A stretch of 64,000 bases of DNA from Hydrolagus affinis (Eukaryota): assembly GCA_012026655.1 (NCBI GenBank), contig JAAILG010000534.1, forward strand, positions 1-64,000, written 5' to 3'. The translations under genes and the position numbers were made by a program. The notes below the pieces were generated by a model. It saw only the letters and a program-made list of their open reading frames with translations, searched no databases and was not told the DNA's origin. The number at the start of each line of letters is the position of its first letter. Positions within the stretch are counted from its first letter, which is position 1. Below are positions 37,751 to 50,330 of the stretch, in pieces.

Positions 37751-39669
37751 TACAAATGTTACAAAGCTTTGGAGGCAACGAAGCACTATACTTTAATTCC
37801 CAATTGACAGGGATGCAACATTTTGGGGGGGTCTTTTAAATCCCAGTAAATTTGAGCTCCCATTATTCTGTCAGTCAAATCAATGGAGATTTTGATTCAT
37901 GCGATGAATGCGACGGTGCATAACTTGCACTGTCGGGCATGTTTTTATGATGTGGAAACCTCACGAATGAATGATCTTTTGTAGGTTGGCCATCTGGGAT
38001 GAGAACCACAAGCAAGATATTTACATTCATGTAATCTATGAATCCGAATTTTAAGCAGGTACAAAAATATCTTAACAATCTCACAACCAACCATTTATTC
38101 AAATCAGTATTTAATCGCTTACATAAAATAATGCATTGATTTAGAACAAAGCTAAGGGTAAAAGACCTTAAGACAATAAGAATGATCGAATCTCAAAGGG
38201 GATTCTTATTGAAGTTATCAAAAGAACAATATTCCATAATCTAAAGAAATTTGAAAGAATGCCAAGAAATGTCAAGTAGTGCATAAACCTAGAAGAAAAT
38301 AATGAACTCAGCTCAAAATAGGGGTTAATTTTGCCCATTCATTGAAACCGACTTTATGTAAATAGTAATGCAATGTAATGCAAATAGTATATGTAAATTG
38401 GTGCATTAAAATCCCATCAAATATGGCTAATTGACTCGAAGTGAAAATGTCATTATGATTCAAGCACACTTAAGGTCCATTAAATAATATGTGATTGGCA
38501 TTTGGCGTTAGGTATGTTTCACGGTCCACTTGGATGAACCAGAAGGAAAAATTCTCAGACTATGAGCCTTTTGCGTTTAGTTTCGTGTTTACATGTTATT
38601 AAATGGGGTATGAATTTCAGATATTACCTGTTTATTGTGTATATACTGCTGGATGCTCAACATATGCTTTCTACTCCTCATCACTTTTTTTTACTTGCTC
38701 AACTCTATTTACACTGCACATTTGGTCATGATTCACTGACCAACATGCAATATAAACACAACATAGGTGTACAATGCGACTACACAGACTATGCATGGCT
38801 GCATTTTCTCATTAAGTCAGCTGTGCATTATATCGCAAAGATAGTGTTGCATTGAGATATTATACAGTTTAGTGGATTGTAAACTTCTATTCAGGTTAGA
38901 GAATTAGGTTGGAGAAAATCAGCAATTAAAATGAGTTAATGCCATGCTAATGAGTTTTTTTTAAAAAGAAAAGTTGGATCAATTTGTAGTTAAGTACTAG
39001 ATTGAACTTTATGTACAAGTGCAGACAGAAATGATTAAATACCTAGTGGAAGACAATGGTTGTGGCACTGCTATGGAAATGGAAATGTCATCGGTGAAAT
39101 GCAGTTAGTTGGTGAGGTTGTAAGGTTAGATTGATAGCTTGGAATTTCACTAGGATTTGGGGAGAAATTTCACAGAGTTTTACCCTCTTCCAAATTTTAC
39201 TTGTGGTCAGTCATCAAACCGAGGATATTAAATAATGAGTAGAATCTACAATAGGGCAAATTATATATTGCCTGTTCTTGCAACAAAAGTCATTTTCTTG
39301 TTCACATTTGTTATTTTTAAGAAATGGAATATCTGAACAATTACTTGCCAGAGCCAAGAGAAGTGAATAAAATAGACTTGGATAATATAGTACCAGTTCT
39401 CAATATTATCAGTCGATGACTGCATTATATCACCCATCAATATTTTAGTGGCAGTTTTGCCTGAAAAATTATAGTTTAAGTTTGATGGATACGCTTCTAA
39501 TGAGGACAGTTTTTATGCCATAATATCATAACTACCAATGTCCAATTTTTTTTAATGAGATGGATGTTTTAACATTGTATTGAATTGTTAGGAAAGCTGA
39601 GGCTGAAATTAGAAATTTTCTAAGCGTGTTCAATAATTTTGAGGGGGTTATCAAAGAAGGTAAAGATTG

Positions 39670-39760
39670 GATCTCCAGAACTGGGAGGGAACTTAGGGTG
39701 ATAGACAAGTTCCGGTCTCAAGCTGATGCAGCAGTAATAAATATACTGAATCTCATCGCC
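39670..39760 (+). mobile_element. Possible degraded CR1 RT C-terminal fragment
   Basis: Translates RELRVIDKFRSQADAAVIN, resembling CR1 RDLGV.VD...QC.AAV.KA. Confidence 0.3.
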
Positions 39761-39904
39761 AAACCAACAAACACCAAAGTAACACCCTAAAGCAGGAATG
39801 AATTCATTCAAATTCATATCAAACTTCTTCAGTGATATTTACAATATTTCAAGGGACGTACATGATGAGGAAATGCACTGCTTGGTTAATGATAAAACAT
39901 AGAT

Positions 39905-40175
39905 TCTCAATCTGTGTTGAATTAGTTCACCTGAGCTAATTCACAGCTTGGATGCTGCAATTGACATGAGTACCCTGGACAAGGGAGATGAAAAAACACA
40001 CGAGTTCATACGCTTTATTCTATCAAGTTCCTGCTGACGGAAAACATATGCGAGTGGACATTAGATCAGGATCAGATTCAGCTCTAATTTCCTCCCATCC
40101 AACCGTGGTGAAATTTACAGCCAACACTCAATGACTGAGCTCACACATGAGGGATGGTGGCTTGGCCAAGGAAGA
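39905..40175 (+). mobile_element. Ancient LF-SINE-like element
   Basis: tgtgttgaattag, gatgctgcaattg, gtggacatt...caggatcag and gctcacacatga occur in the order I recall for shark LF-SINE-like repeats. Confidence 0.45.
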
Positions 40176-40757
40176 CCAGTGTAGCTGAACCATTCCCCCA
40201 TCGCAACAGGGGAGGAGGAAAGGAGGAGTGGAACCATTTGGCCATTCAGAGGAAAAGAATGCCCCAAACATTGGATGAATCAGATACGTGTCAGAGACAG
40301 ATGGTTACAAAACATAAACACTGCAGCCTTGTGAGCATCCACACAGCTGGTCCCACTTGTTGCTTTATTATCCATGAAACACAGGTCCTCTATGTATATG
40401 TAAAGTAACATGCATTATTCACAGATCTAAACAAGATCCCAAGCAATGTGCAGATTGACTCTAACAAATTCAATTAGAGGCTTTGAATGTTAAACGTAAT
40501 TTTTTTTCCTTTCTCGAATAAAGTTAACTGGTGGAGAAAAATTAATGTTAAAGAGATCAGTGGAAGCAGAAGCATTTAACAGACAGCTACAGTGTAACAT
40601 GCTGGGTTCTCACTACTATGATAGGAGTGTGAATTCTTTCTAGTACTAGAGGATGATATATTTAATGAGAGCAGGGACACCCAGTGTGAATTGGCTGTGA
40701 TGAACTTGGTATACGGCTGCACATCCTGGGACATCACTCATTGGGTAAGACACATTC

Positions 40758-41085
40758 GGAGTCCTGTAGCTCAGTGGCTAGAGCACTCGCCATACAAGTG
40801 AGAAACCTGGGTTCGATTCCAGGCAGGGAGAAACCTTGGGCATGCTTCCATACTCTACACACCTATAATAATCCCTCAAAGTAAAAAATGGTAATTTCAA
40901 TCCACGACTATTTGTGGGTCACAGCTACGTGCAATTGGCTGCCGCGTTTTGCCCGCATATATACAGTCAATTCCCCTTACAATATATTCTGTGAAGTGCT
41001 TTGAGACAAGAAGACATGAAAAGTGCAATATTAAAAAATGCAAGGATTATTATTTTTGTTATTATTATTATTGCTATTATTATTA
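40758..41085 (+). mobile_element. Full-length tRNA-derived SINE (short-head variant)
   Basis: ggagtcctgtagctcagtgg...gggttcgattccaggcagggagaaacc, with a (TTA)n tail. Confidence 0.9.
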
Positions 41086-41175
41086 TGTACCAAGCTAGGT
41101 TGGTGCATGTGCTTTTTTAGGGACCCCCAAACACATCTTCTCTGAAGATTTTCCTCCAAATACATTTTCACAGTA

Positions 41176-41790
41176 TTTTTTGGAGGGTCAGCCAAGTGTC
41201 TGACACAATAAGAAAACCCTTCGCCATGTTTAAGAATATCCAAACCAAACCGAGAATTCCATGCATTCTAACCACGCATGGAAATTCCAGAGAATGGAGA
41301 TTTTTGGAATGGAATGCGTGGGAGTATTGTCGCCATCTACTTATCCGCATCTCGGGGACACTTCCCTTCCCATTGAGCTATGGATCCACCAGTTGGAGTT
41401 TCGGAGTTTAAGCCACAGCTCCTTGCCACACCGCAGTCCAATCAAGGTGGATTCCGGAAGCTGAAACTTGTGTCACGAATCCGGACTCCAGGTAATGTCT
41501 TCCAGCACCTGGAAGCCCAAGCCTCCGAGTTTTTCCATCATCTATCTGGCATCTGTCTTCAGTGTGTTGGGAGGACCTTTACAGGACAGCTTGTGATGTA
41601 GCAGCCACCTTGATGTTCTCTAGGTCCAGATTCAATGCTGCGTACCAACCTTACTCAGCACCAGTTGCTTAAACCAGGTCCTCATCTGAGGGGCCTTGGC
41701 AAATTGACGGGCCCGCTGTGAAGCCACCTCCAGTTTGCTTAGCGACAGGTCAGAGTAGGTTGGAGCCCTCCCTCCTTGCAATCGTTCCCC
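41176..41790 (-). repeat. Unclassified dispersed repeat, possibly an A-tailed LINE 3' end
   Basis: 41187-41350 aligns with the reverse complement of 56720-56887. GC-richer than its flanks. Confidence 0.55.
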
Positions 41791-43569
41791 ATGTTTTTCA
41801 GTGTTATACAGAACCCTTTAATACAGAGACATAAAGAAGCAACATAATATTGGAGTACAAGGAGAACGATGGATCGATACACATATATAGTCAACTTCTT
41901 TAATAAACAGTAGGATATTGTCTGACCTCAACATGATCTGATGTTCGGAGTGGGCTACACCGATCCTGTCAATATATCTGAGATCATGAATCACATAGAG
42001 CTACACGACAACAAAAAAATGAAAACAAAAGAGCATTCCTGCAGCATTTCTCGATTGTATGTAAGACATTTTGTGTTATTCATCATCTCGGTACATTAGA
42101 AATATCTTATCCATTCACTGAGACGTAAAGGAGCATATTGTGTGCATCAGTTGAAGATTATTCAGCTGAGCTGTCCAGTTTTTTTTATGCATACCCAATT
42201 AACGTACAGGAGTGAGTAGTAATATTGTCCATTTATTGGTGTGGAAGTTTTAGCAGATATCCCATCAAATATTTTCCAAGAAAAAGGAGGTTTCCTTTTT
42301 TGTAGGAGCAAAATGAAATCAGTCATCAAAATCAGTCAATTGACTTACTGTCATTATGGATTACTCTAACTGACTTCACTCTGATTATTTAACAGTCCAA
42401 TGACTATAGATCGGCCTTGGGAGCTCAAACAGGCAGTAGATAGAGTTTAATAATTGGGACAAGCCTTGGATTCTCACGGGCTGTGAATGGAGTTTTTGGT
42501 AGCTCACGAGTAAAGCTTGGTGTTGAGAAAACCAAGATTAGAAAAGGCCATAGATTTGTCTTGGGAATTAAACAAGATCACTAATCAAACTTAGCGGGTG
42601 GGAGAAACTGCCAAGCAGACTTGGCTGGTTGGATAAACAGCGGTCGGGTGCAGTAATTAACAGAGCACAGAGGGAGTGAGATGACGATCTGGTTCAGTGG
42701 CCAGAATGGGTCATAAATCAGACTTGGCAAATAGAGCGAATTGCAGATCATGCTCTGTTATTAGAACCGGCTGTGGACTTGGCTTTGAGATTTGTCAAAA
42801 TATAAGATCTAGTAAAAGGATGGAGCTTCCAGGTGCTGATATTAACAATTTGCCACTGTTGCTAAATGACCTTGAATCTACCATTCACTTGGAATGAAAA
42901 CAGGATGGATTGAACTTCAGCAACGTTGAAGCAAATCATGAATACAACAATGATGCCACAACAACAACTTGCATCTATATCTCATCAATATCTCGCAATA
43001 TTATGCTTTTAATCTATTACAGATTGAAAGAAAATGCCCTCATCTGATAATAAAACTGTTTTAAACAGCTCTGTCTTTTTGAAACACAAGGAAGTGTTTC
43101 ATTATTCTCGCTCTTTCAGGTTTCGATTCTCAAAAGGTGCTGAAACAAGTAGGCTTTATAATGTCTCTTTTAACTCTGAAATAAAGTGTTAAGATGAGAA
43201 CACTGCTTCCTTGACACTTTGTAAGCAACATTTTATTTTCCTCAAACAGCTTGCCATTCGTATAATAAAATGTGATACCGGTTGCAATGAAGGGTAATGA
43301 ACTGCTCACTGCATAAATGATCAAAACCAATAGGGAAGGAAACAGTGTGTACTGAAAACGACATCAACCCCAATGCTACAAAATCACAAGGATATTTGGA
43401 GATCCAATATAAAAAGGGAAGCTATTGGAAATGTATGACAGGTTAGTATGCCTTTGCAAGAGACAGGTTCATATCTCTGCTGTGATCCTTCCATCAACAC
43501 AGGGCTGGTGCCAACTGAGCTTCTCGGAGTTCTACTGACTTGTAACACTTCAGAAACCTGTGCGTTATT

Positions 43570-43805
43570 GTAGATATAGATTGATACAATGTTTACAGCA
43601 TAGACAGAGGCTATTCAGATGTGTGTGTGTGTGTGCATGCACTGGTCCTCTTGCTTCACTGGAGAAATCTGCTCATCCCTGTATATCTTAAATATTAATA
43701 TTTCATGCATTTATCCAATTCCATTTTAAATGGCTGTAATGGATTCCGCTTCTACACTACATTTGTGGTAAGATATTCCATGCTGTTACAACCCTCTCTG
43801 TTTAT
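43570..43805 (-). mobile_element. Degraded CR1 3' end
   Basis: gtttacagcatagacagaggctattcag...ttatccaattcc...attccatgctgttacaaccctct (reverse complement reads RVVT.WN). Confidence 0.65.
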
Positions 43806-44151
43806 TGAACAAAATCAACCTCCCTTTCACTTTGAGGATTCCCTTTGGAATAATATGCATGATTAGATATTATAATGCAAATGGAATCCCTTGCTGCAAA
43901 AATGTTAGATGTTAAAAGGACAGAGAAGACAAGAAAACTACTTCTGTTCATTAGCATTGCATCGTTTGAGCCCAAATGATGCTACATGGTAGAGAAATCA
44001 ATCAACCCGGCTGCACACCGACCACTCAACCTCTCAACTCCCAAGTCAGGACTATAGGAGAACTGTCGATTGTGACAATCTGGATGGGGAAAGAAATTGC
44101 AACAGAAAAAAATTGAACGAGATTTTTTTTAAAGTTGAAGGAGTGAATCAT

Positions 44152-44296
44152 TGGGCACAATTGGCTGCTGCGTTTCGCCCACAAATATACAGTCAATTCA
44201 CTTTACAGTACATTCCGTGAAGCGCTTTGAGACGTCTAGAAGGCGTGATAAGGCACTGTATCAAATGCAAGGATTATTATTATTATTATTATTATC
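44152..44296 (+). mobile_element. SINE 3' half
   Basis: caattggctgctgcgtttcgcccacaaat...caaatgcaagga(tta)n. Confidence 0.9.
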
Positions 44297-46609
44297 ATTC
44301 AATGTGCAGTTTATTTTTATGTTAGCCGATAAATCTCATGATATCAGTGGTGAGGGGATGCATTTTGAGTTCAAATAAAGTAAATCGTTTGAAAATGTGA
44401 TTTTACACTTGAAATCTCCGGGCCTTGGAAGGGACCGATTTCAAAGCCGTCTAATGCATCGGATAGACCCGGAGAAAACTCTGCTCGAGACCGTAAGAAG
44501 GGGCTCTTTTGTTTTATGAAGTAAATTTATAATATACAAAAAAAAGCTGTGCGTCTATCAAGTCCCACAGGCTGTTAGCTTGTGTAAGTAGATGTGTTAG
44601 CTGCGCTGTTTTTGAAACTAATGTAGTGCAGAAGAGCGTCATAAATGTTTCAGAAACATTTTTGTTTCAAACTACATTCACGGCTCTACAGCAGTTTCTT
44701 GCTCTCCTGGACCCCGAATGGTCCCAGTGCATTAAAGAGGAGGGAAATAGAAAGGTTTTATTTTGCACTAGGGAAAAGGACTGAATGAGATTTGGTTCGA
44801 TATAATAACTCAGTGAAAAAACGCACAGACACAAGATCACATCGAACATTTTTATAGTGAGAGCAATCAAAATATAAAAAAAAAGGCAAAGCTTACTATT
44901 CCCCAATCTGGCTTTCTGATAATGCAGTAGAGATTTACTGCATCTGGGACACAAGACCAGGTGTGGGACTACAATGGATTCAGAGAGGCCAAGCCACCAT
45001 TCTGCGATATATTTTAAACCTGTGCAAAACCATTATCAAAACAATTGGGAATTACATACAACAGGACAGTCTAATGCTGGTAGCCATTTAGAATCCCCCT
45101 ATGTTCCTATGATTGAGTATAGTTTGAGTGTGGCTAAAGTGAATCAAGGTTTTCTCAGTAATTGATGTGGTGCCAACCAATTTGGTCTTAATTTTGAAGT
45201 TGGCTATTTTTAAGAAGTGCAGAGAAGTGGCTTTCAAACGAAAACCGAATACAAGATTGTTCCTCGTTGGGTGGGACCTTAGATTTTTCAGGCAATATGA
45301 TCTCAAAGGCTAAAACTAGGTGCAAATTCATCCATGCAGGCTACGAATATTTTGTATTCATGACATATGTGAGAAAATGACATTAGTTTTTACTGCTGTA
45401 AATGGAGTCACTGAGAATGGTTGATAATAATTTATTCTATAAAATGACTGAAGGAGATGAATTACTATATCTGCTTAAGTATATAAATGATGTGCATTGT
45501 CAGCTATCTAGTTGTGGAATTTTTCACCATTAGCATTTTGCTCCCTGGCCTTTTGGGGGGAAATTTGTGGTTTTGGAATTCACCATTCACAGTTTTACAA
45601 ATCTCATGATTTGATACTTGCAAATGGGTAATCACAGTTGCCGATTATAATACTGTTTGCAAATTATCGCAGATTATACTGTGGCCTCATTGCAAGCATG
45701 ATATAGTAGTTAAAAAAAAACTGATTATGCAGGTTTGGGAAAAAGACAATGAGAGTTATGAGACATTCGATTTCCAACCAGTTATTCATGGTTGAACTGT
45801 TAAGAGATTAACAGTCCTGTAAAAGGGTCTCATTTATGGTGGCATTCTTGTGCAGTATTTCTATGACACATCAATGAGTTTAATTTAATGAGTGAGATTA
45901 CTCACCACGATTAAATGTTCGACACACATCATCAGAAAGAAATAATCAAAGAAGCGTTTAATAGAGGTAATGTTGTTTGGGATTTTGCGGAGTTAAGAGT
46001 GCACCGATTTGGTCTGGAAGCAAACTCGGCGTTAAATATGTTAAGCATCTTCTGCTGAACTGTCACATGTTTTGGAAATTGCTGTATTCTCATAAAATAA
46101 GAAATCAGTACAAATATATTTAAAAATGGTATATCTTATCTGTTTCCTGCATGTTTGCATCCTGAATTTACGGAATTGTCAAACCACTGTTTCTAATAAT
46201 TCTCTACATTTAAATGGCATGGTTTGGTAATCCTGGCTAGTTTAAGACAAATCATCTTGTGGTTCATTTGCTTAGAGTAACTATATGACAACAGCATCAC
46301 ATTCTCTACTGGTTGGGGACTTTGTAACCTTCTTGCTGTGAGTGGATAATGGGAACATAATAAACTTGTATCATAGGTGGCAATATTATTGGCTGGCCAA
46401 AAATCAGATGCTCTGTATTCTCCTGCAAAGATCGATAGTTGTTTCTGACCACTGGGAATCCAGTATCCCTAAATATCTAATTAACCACCTTTGGTAACTG
46501 TGAACAGTCCATCTCAGTATCTGCAGTGTGTGCTTTCTATGTGATAATATTCTATTTTATTTACACACTAATAGTTATCTAGTATTTTTTTGTACAGTAT
46601 TTGTGCCCG

Positions 46610-47170
46610 ATTTATCAGTCTGTCTGATCAGGATTGGATTTAGATTTCGAATGATCCAGCTCATTAAAGCCTGATGTAGGTTTGGATTGATGCAGTTGAT
46701 CAGTGTACAATGCACATTTATCTTGCATTGATCGATATAATGTAATGTAGATTTCTATTGACCTTGCTGATGTGTAATGTAATTTTTCTTTGACATGATT
46801 AGGCATGGTTTGATCTTGATGCATGTTAGACTCGCCAGTGGCTAATGAACATTTCAATTGACCCCTTCGATAAGTGATTTATTTAGACAATTATTATGGG
46901 ATGAATAATTCTGTTAGCCCAGGTGAGCAGTGCCGAATGCTGATATCTAATGGATCACTTTGATTAGTGTCCGTAATGTATTGATCAATTTGAACACGAT
47001 GTGATGCGGATATTACTAATGTCTCTAATCAATATCTATGATGTACAATCCCATTGAAATCTTGATCATTATCTGCTTGTGACAAATGCTGTGCTGCCTG
47101 ATCAATGACTAACGTAGATTATTGATAATCCAATTGGTTGGGTTCATTGCAAAATCATATTGACCATAAA
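46610..47170. repeat. Decayed ~30-bp minisatellite-like block 1
   Basis: About 19 TGAT in ~520 bp, with recurring tgatcagtgt and tgtaatgtagatttctattga-like words. Confidence 0.5.
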
Positions 47171-47684
47171 GAATTAGAAATTCTTTATGTTGCAGAAATT
47201 AGATGAAAAATACAATTTGGTAAATATGGACAGAATTTACTGATATCGTTTTAAATTCTGCTGAGCTATTTGAGCCTAATATGATGACATTAGTGAGAAC
47301 GTAGAGCAACCAATCGAAACGCCTCTCTAACAACAAGAATGTAATGAGTTTTAACGACTTTTATGAGGCAATCTATTCACGTAAGACTAACTAAGAGGTT
47401 AATCTGGTGAAGTGTGGAAGTTTAATGCAAGTAATGAATAGCAGAAAATCAACTTTGGAAAGCATGATTTTCTCATCAAATCCCACAAATGTTCACAGAT
47501 TCCATCTAGGTAAGATTTCAATATGAACAGCATCTGGTTGAAGTTGGTGAGAGTTAATGACCAGTGTGATAGGAGAGTTATAAATGATAAGTCAACATTG
47601 CCTTGCAGACTCAGAGGACCTTCTGGAAAGTGCCCTTATAAAAAGGCACTGTTAAGTTTAAATAATATTGTAATTAGGTCACTC

Positions 47685-47840
47685 AATCCACCACAGTCTG
47701 TGGGACACTACTGTGTGCAATTGGCTGCTGCGTTTCTTCCACAAGAATATACAGTCAATTCAGATTACAGTAAATTGTTTGAAGCGCTTTGAGACGTCTC
47801 GAAGATGTGATGATGCGCTATATCAAATGCAAGGATTATT
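47685..47840 (+). mobile_element. SINE 3' half
   Basis: tgtgggacactactgtgtgcaattggctg...caaatgcaaggattatt. Confidence 0.88.
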
Positions 47841-48004
47841 TGTCGTATAGAACAGTACCAGTGTATAGAAGAATACAAGCACGTATACTAATACGAGAAA
47901 ACGTTAATCTTTGTAAATAGTGTGCGAAAGGACCATGTACTTATAGAAAAATACAGCACTAAAATAGTGGGGGCTTTAACCTGATTGCCTTTGGAGTTCG
48001 TTCC

Positions 48005-48067
48005 AGCTTGTGATGTCCTCCTGACATGAAAGGCACTATAAAAGTGTAATTTTGTTGTTGTTGTTGT
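48005..48067 (+). mobile_element. L2 tail
   Basis: gatgtcctcctgacatgaaaggcactata followed by (GTT)n. Confidence 0.75.
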
Positions 48068-48389
48068 AACGAAGCACGCCAGAGTTGGTCTTGACTGAGC
48101 TACTTGTTCACCATAGGTCAGCCAACCAATCTGTTAAGACTTTGTTTTGCAGGAATGAGATGTCTATACTTCCAGTTCTCACTAATAAGAATAGCCTGGT
48201 AAGTCACCCATCAACAGTATCTTGGCTAGTTGGATTAATGAGAACCTACCTAGACTTTTGTCAGGCTGGACACCTCAGAAACAGTTAATTCCCTTAGGAT
48301 CCTGCTCCTCCCAAAAAATTATTTTTAGAAATTGATTAATTTTTGTCAACACCAAAAGGGTGAATGACTGAGTTGATCAACATGAAAAA

Positions 48390-48505
48390 TAATGATAATA
48401 ATACCTGCATTTGATTTTGTGCCTTACCACATCTACAGGATGTCTCAAAGTGCTTCACAAAATATATTATAAAGTGAATTGATTGTATATTTTGTGGGCG
48501 AAACT
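48390..48505 (-). mobile_element. SINE 3' fragment
   Basis: tgcatttga...gatgtctcaaagtgcttcac...gtgggcgaaac. Confidence 0.8.
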
Positions 48506-48599
48506 TCGGAATGGATGGGGTGAAGTTAATAAGTAGGTTTTGGATGGTGTTTGGGTGCAGTTGAATTCATGGGAATGAAACCCTTTTGTATTATTTTCT

Positions 48600-49300
48600 C
48601 ATGTTCCTATTTAATGATCTGACCAGTGTTTATTGTTGATTCCTTCAAATCCCTCTGATCCTCTCCCCTACAGATGTGTGTTGGCCTGGATGAATGTTAT
48701 GTGATTTAGATTACTATCGACTGATAAATTTCTATTTACTCTTTTAATCGCTGTCTAATGTGCCTACATTGCGATCTCATCATCCAGTGGATTGTCACTT
48801 CATGTTGATTTTTATTGATCTGAATGATTAATTGTCAAATCTGGATGGAAATGTATCAGACTGATTGTTGCCTTATGTAGATTTCTTACGATTTGTTTCA
48901 TCAGGTCTGACAAATTACTTTTGATAAGAGAATAATATGTAGATTTAAATTAACTCTTATTGTTCTCATGTGGGTCAGAGTTGTGTTAATTCTTCTGCTA
49001 TATGTTTCTTTTACCCTGGCTGGTTTGTAGCAGGTGGTGATTTATATTGACCTCTATTTATTTCTTGTGATGAGATTTTCTTTATCATCTTTGATCATTG
49101 GTTGATGCAGTTTCTACTGTTTGATGTTGTGTCTCATATGGATTACTACATCACAGCATGATCAGTAGCTAATTTAAATTTTACTGAGTTCTCTGATCAG
49201 TGTCTGTTGTCAATAACTATTGATTTAGCCGAATATCACGTGATAATAGATTACATTTCTGCTAAATTTTCTGTTGTCTTTTTTGCATTGACATACAAAT
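48600..49300. repeat. Decayed ~30-bp minisatellite-like block 2
   Basis: Same words as block 1 (tgatcagtgt, tgtagattt, tattga). Confidence 0.5.
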
Positions 49301-49487
49301 ATACGGTCACTCCATTTCACAGCAAAAAACAACAACAACAAGCATTTATTTAGCGCTTTCTACTCCAGGCAACGTCTCAGTGCACTTAAAACCTGAAACA
49401 CTATATTTTGAACCCTGCGAAGCATGTGAAGTGTTTTGAGACGTTGTTTTGATGCGATAAGGTGCTAAATCACATCACGCATTTTTC

Positions 49488-49870
49488 AACACCAACAACT
49501 TCGATTTATATAGCGCCCTCCACGCCGGACGGCGTCTCAGAGCACTTCACATCAACGGATCCTGGGACTGAGCCAGGGGCAGGGATAGAAAGGTCGAAGA
49601 GAAAGGTCTTTAGCTGGGACCTGAAACTGGAAAGAGAGGGGGCGAGGCGAAGGGAGTGAGGAAGGGAGTTCCAGAGCATCGGGGCGTAGTGGCTGAAGGC
49701 ACGGCCGCCGAGGGTGGAGCAGAGGATTCGGGGGGATACAGAGGAGGCCAGACCCAGGGGAGCAAAGGCAACGGGAGCTGGTTTGGGGAGAGAGAAGGTC
49801 GGAGAGATAGCGGGGTGCAGAGGAGTGGAGGGATTTGAAAACAAGGGTGAGGACCTTGAAATCGAGTGGT
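49488..49870 (-). mobile_element. L2 LINE 3' fragment, second subfamily
   Basis: ORF reads STLGGRAFSHYAPMLWNSLP...SFRSQLKTFLFD. Close paralog at 50921-51455. Confidence 0.9.
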
Positions 49871-49879
49871 AATGTGGGC

Positions 49880-50330
49880 TCTAATTGTATTGCATTGGGT
49901 TACCATAATGCACTGTGCTGCCCTGCATTGTACTGTAATGCATTGCTCTAAGAAGTGTGATTTGATTTTGTTAAACTGACATGTTAAGTTATATGGTGCT
50001 GAGCTGTGATGTATTGTGCATTGTTGCTTTATTCTGTGTTGTGCTGAGAGGAGTAGTGTTCGGTTGTATTATGCTGTGTTGTATTATGTCATATTCTGCC
50101 GAGCTCTTCTGGATTGCATTGTGCTGAGTTGACCTGATCAGTGTTGTATTGTCCTACTGAGCATTGTGTTGAGCTATATTCTGTAGTGTTAGATTACCTT
50201 ATGCTGAGCTGTGCCAGCTAATGTTGTATGATGCTCAACGGTGCAGCATTTTGGTATATTGAGTCACACACTATGTTGTTTTATTATTGTTATTTATTTA
50301 TTGCATAGTCCTGAGTTATGCGATGCCAGT
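49880..50330. repeat. Decayed pentanucleotide-period repeat (TGTAT/TGCAT/TGTGC/TGAGC-like)
   Basis: TG recurs at about 5-nt spacing, e.g. tgtattgcattg, tgcactgtgctgccctgcattgtactg. Confidence 0.65.

Noticed and set aside
40758-40830. SINE heads as functional tRNA-Val(TAC) genes
   Set aside because: They have A/B boxes and an anticodon-like arm, but imperfect acceptor and T stems, diverge between copies, and continue into the SINE body.
46610-49300. CRISPR-like repeat-spacer array
   Set aside because: Units are highly degenerate and contiguous, with no identical repeats or unique spacers. There are no cas genes and the context is vertebrate.
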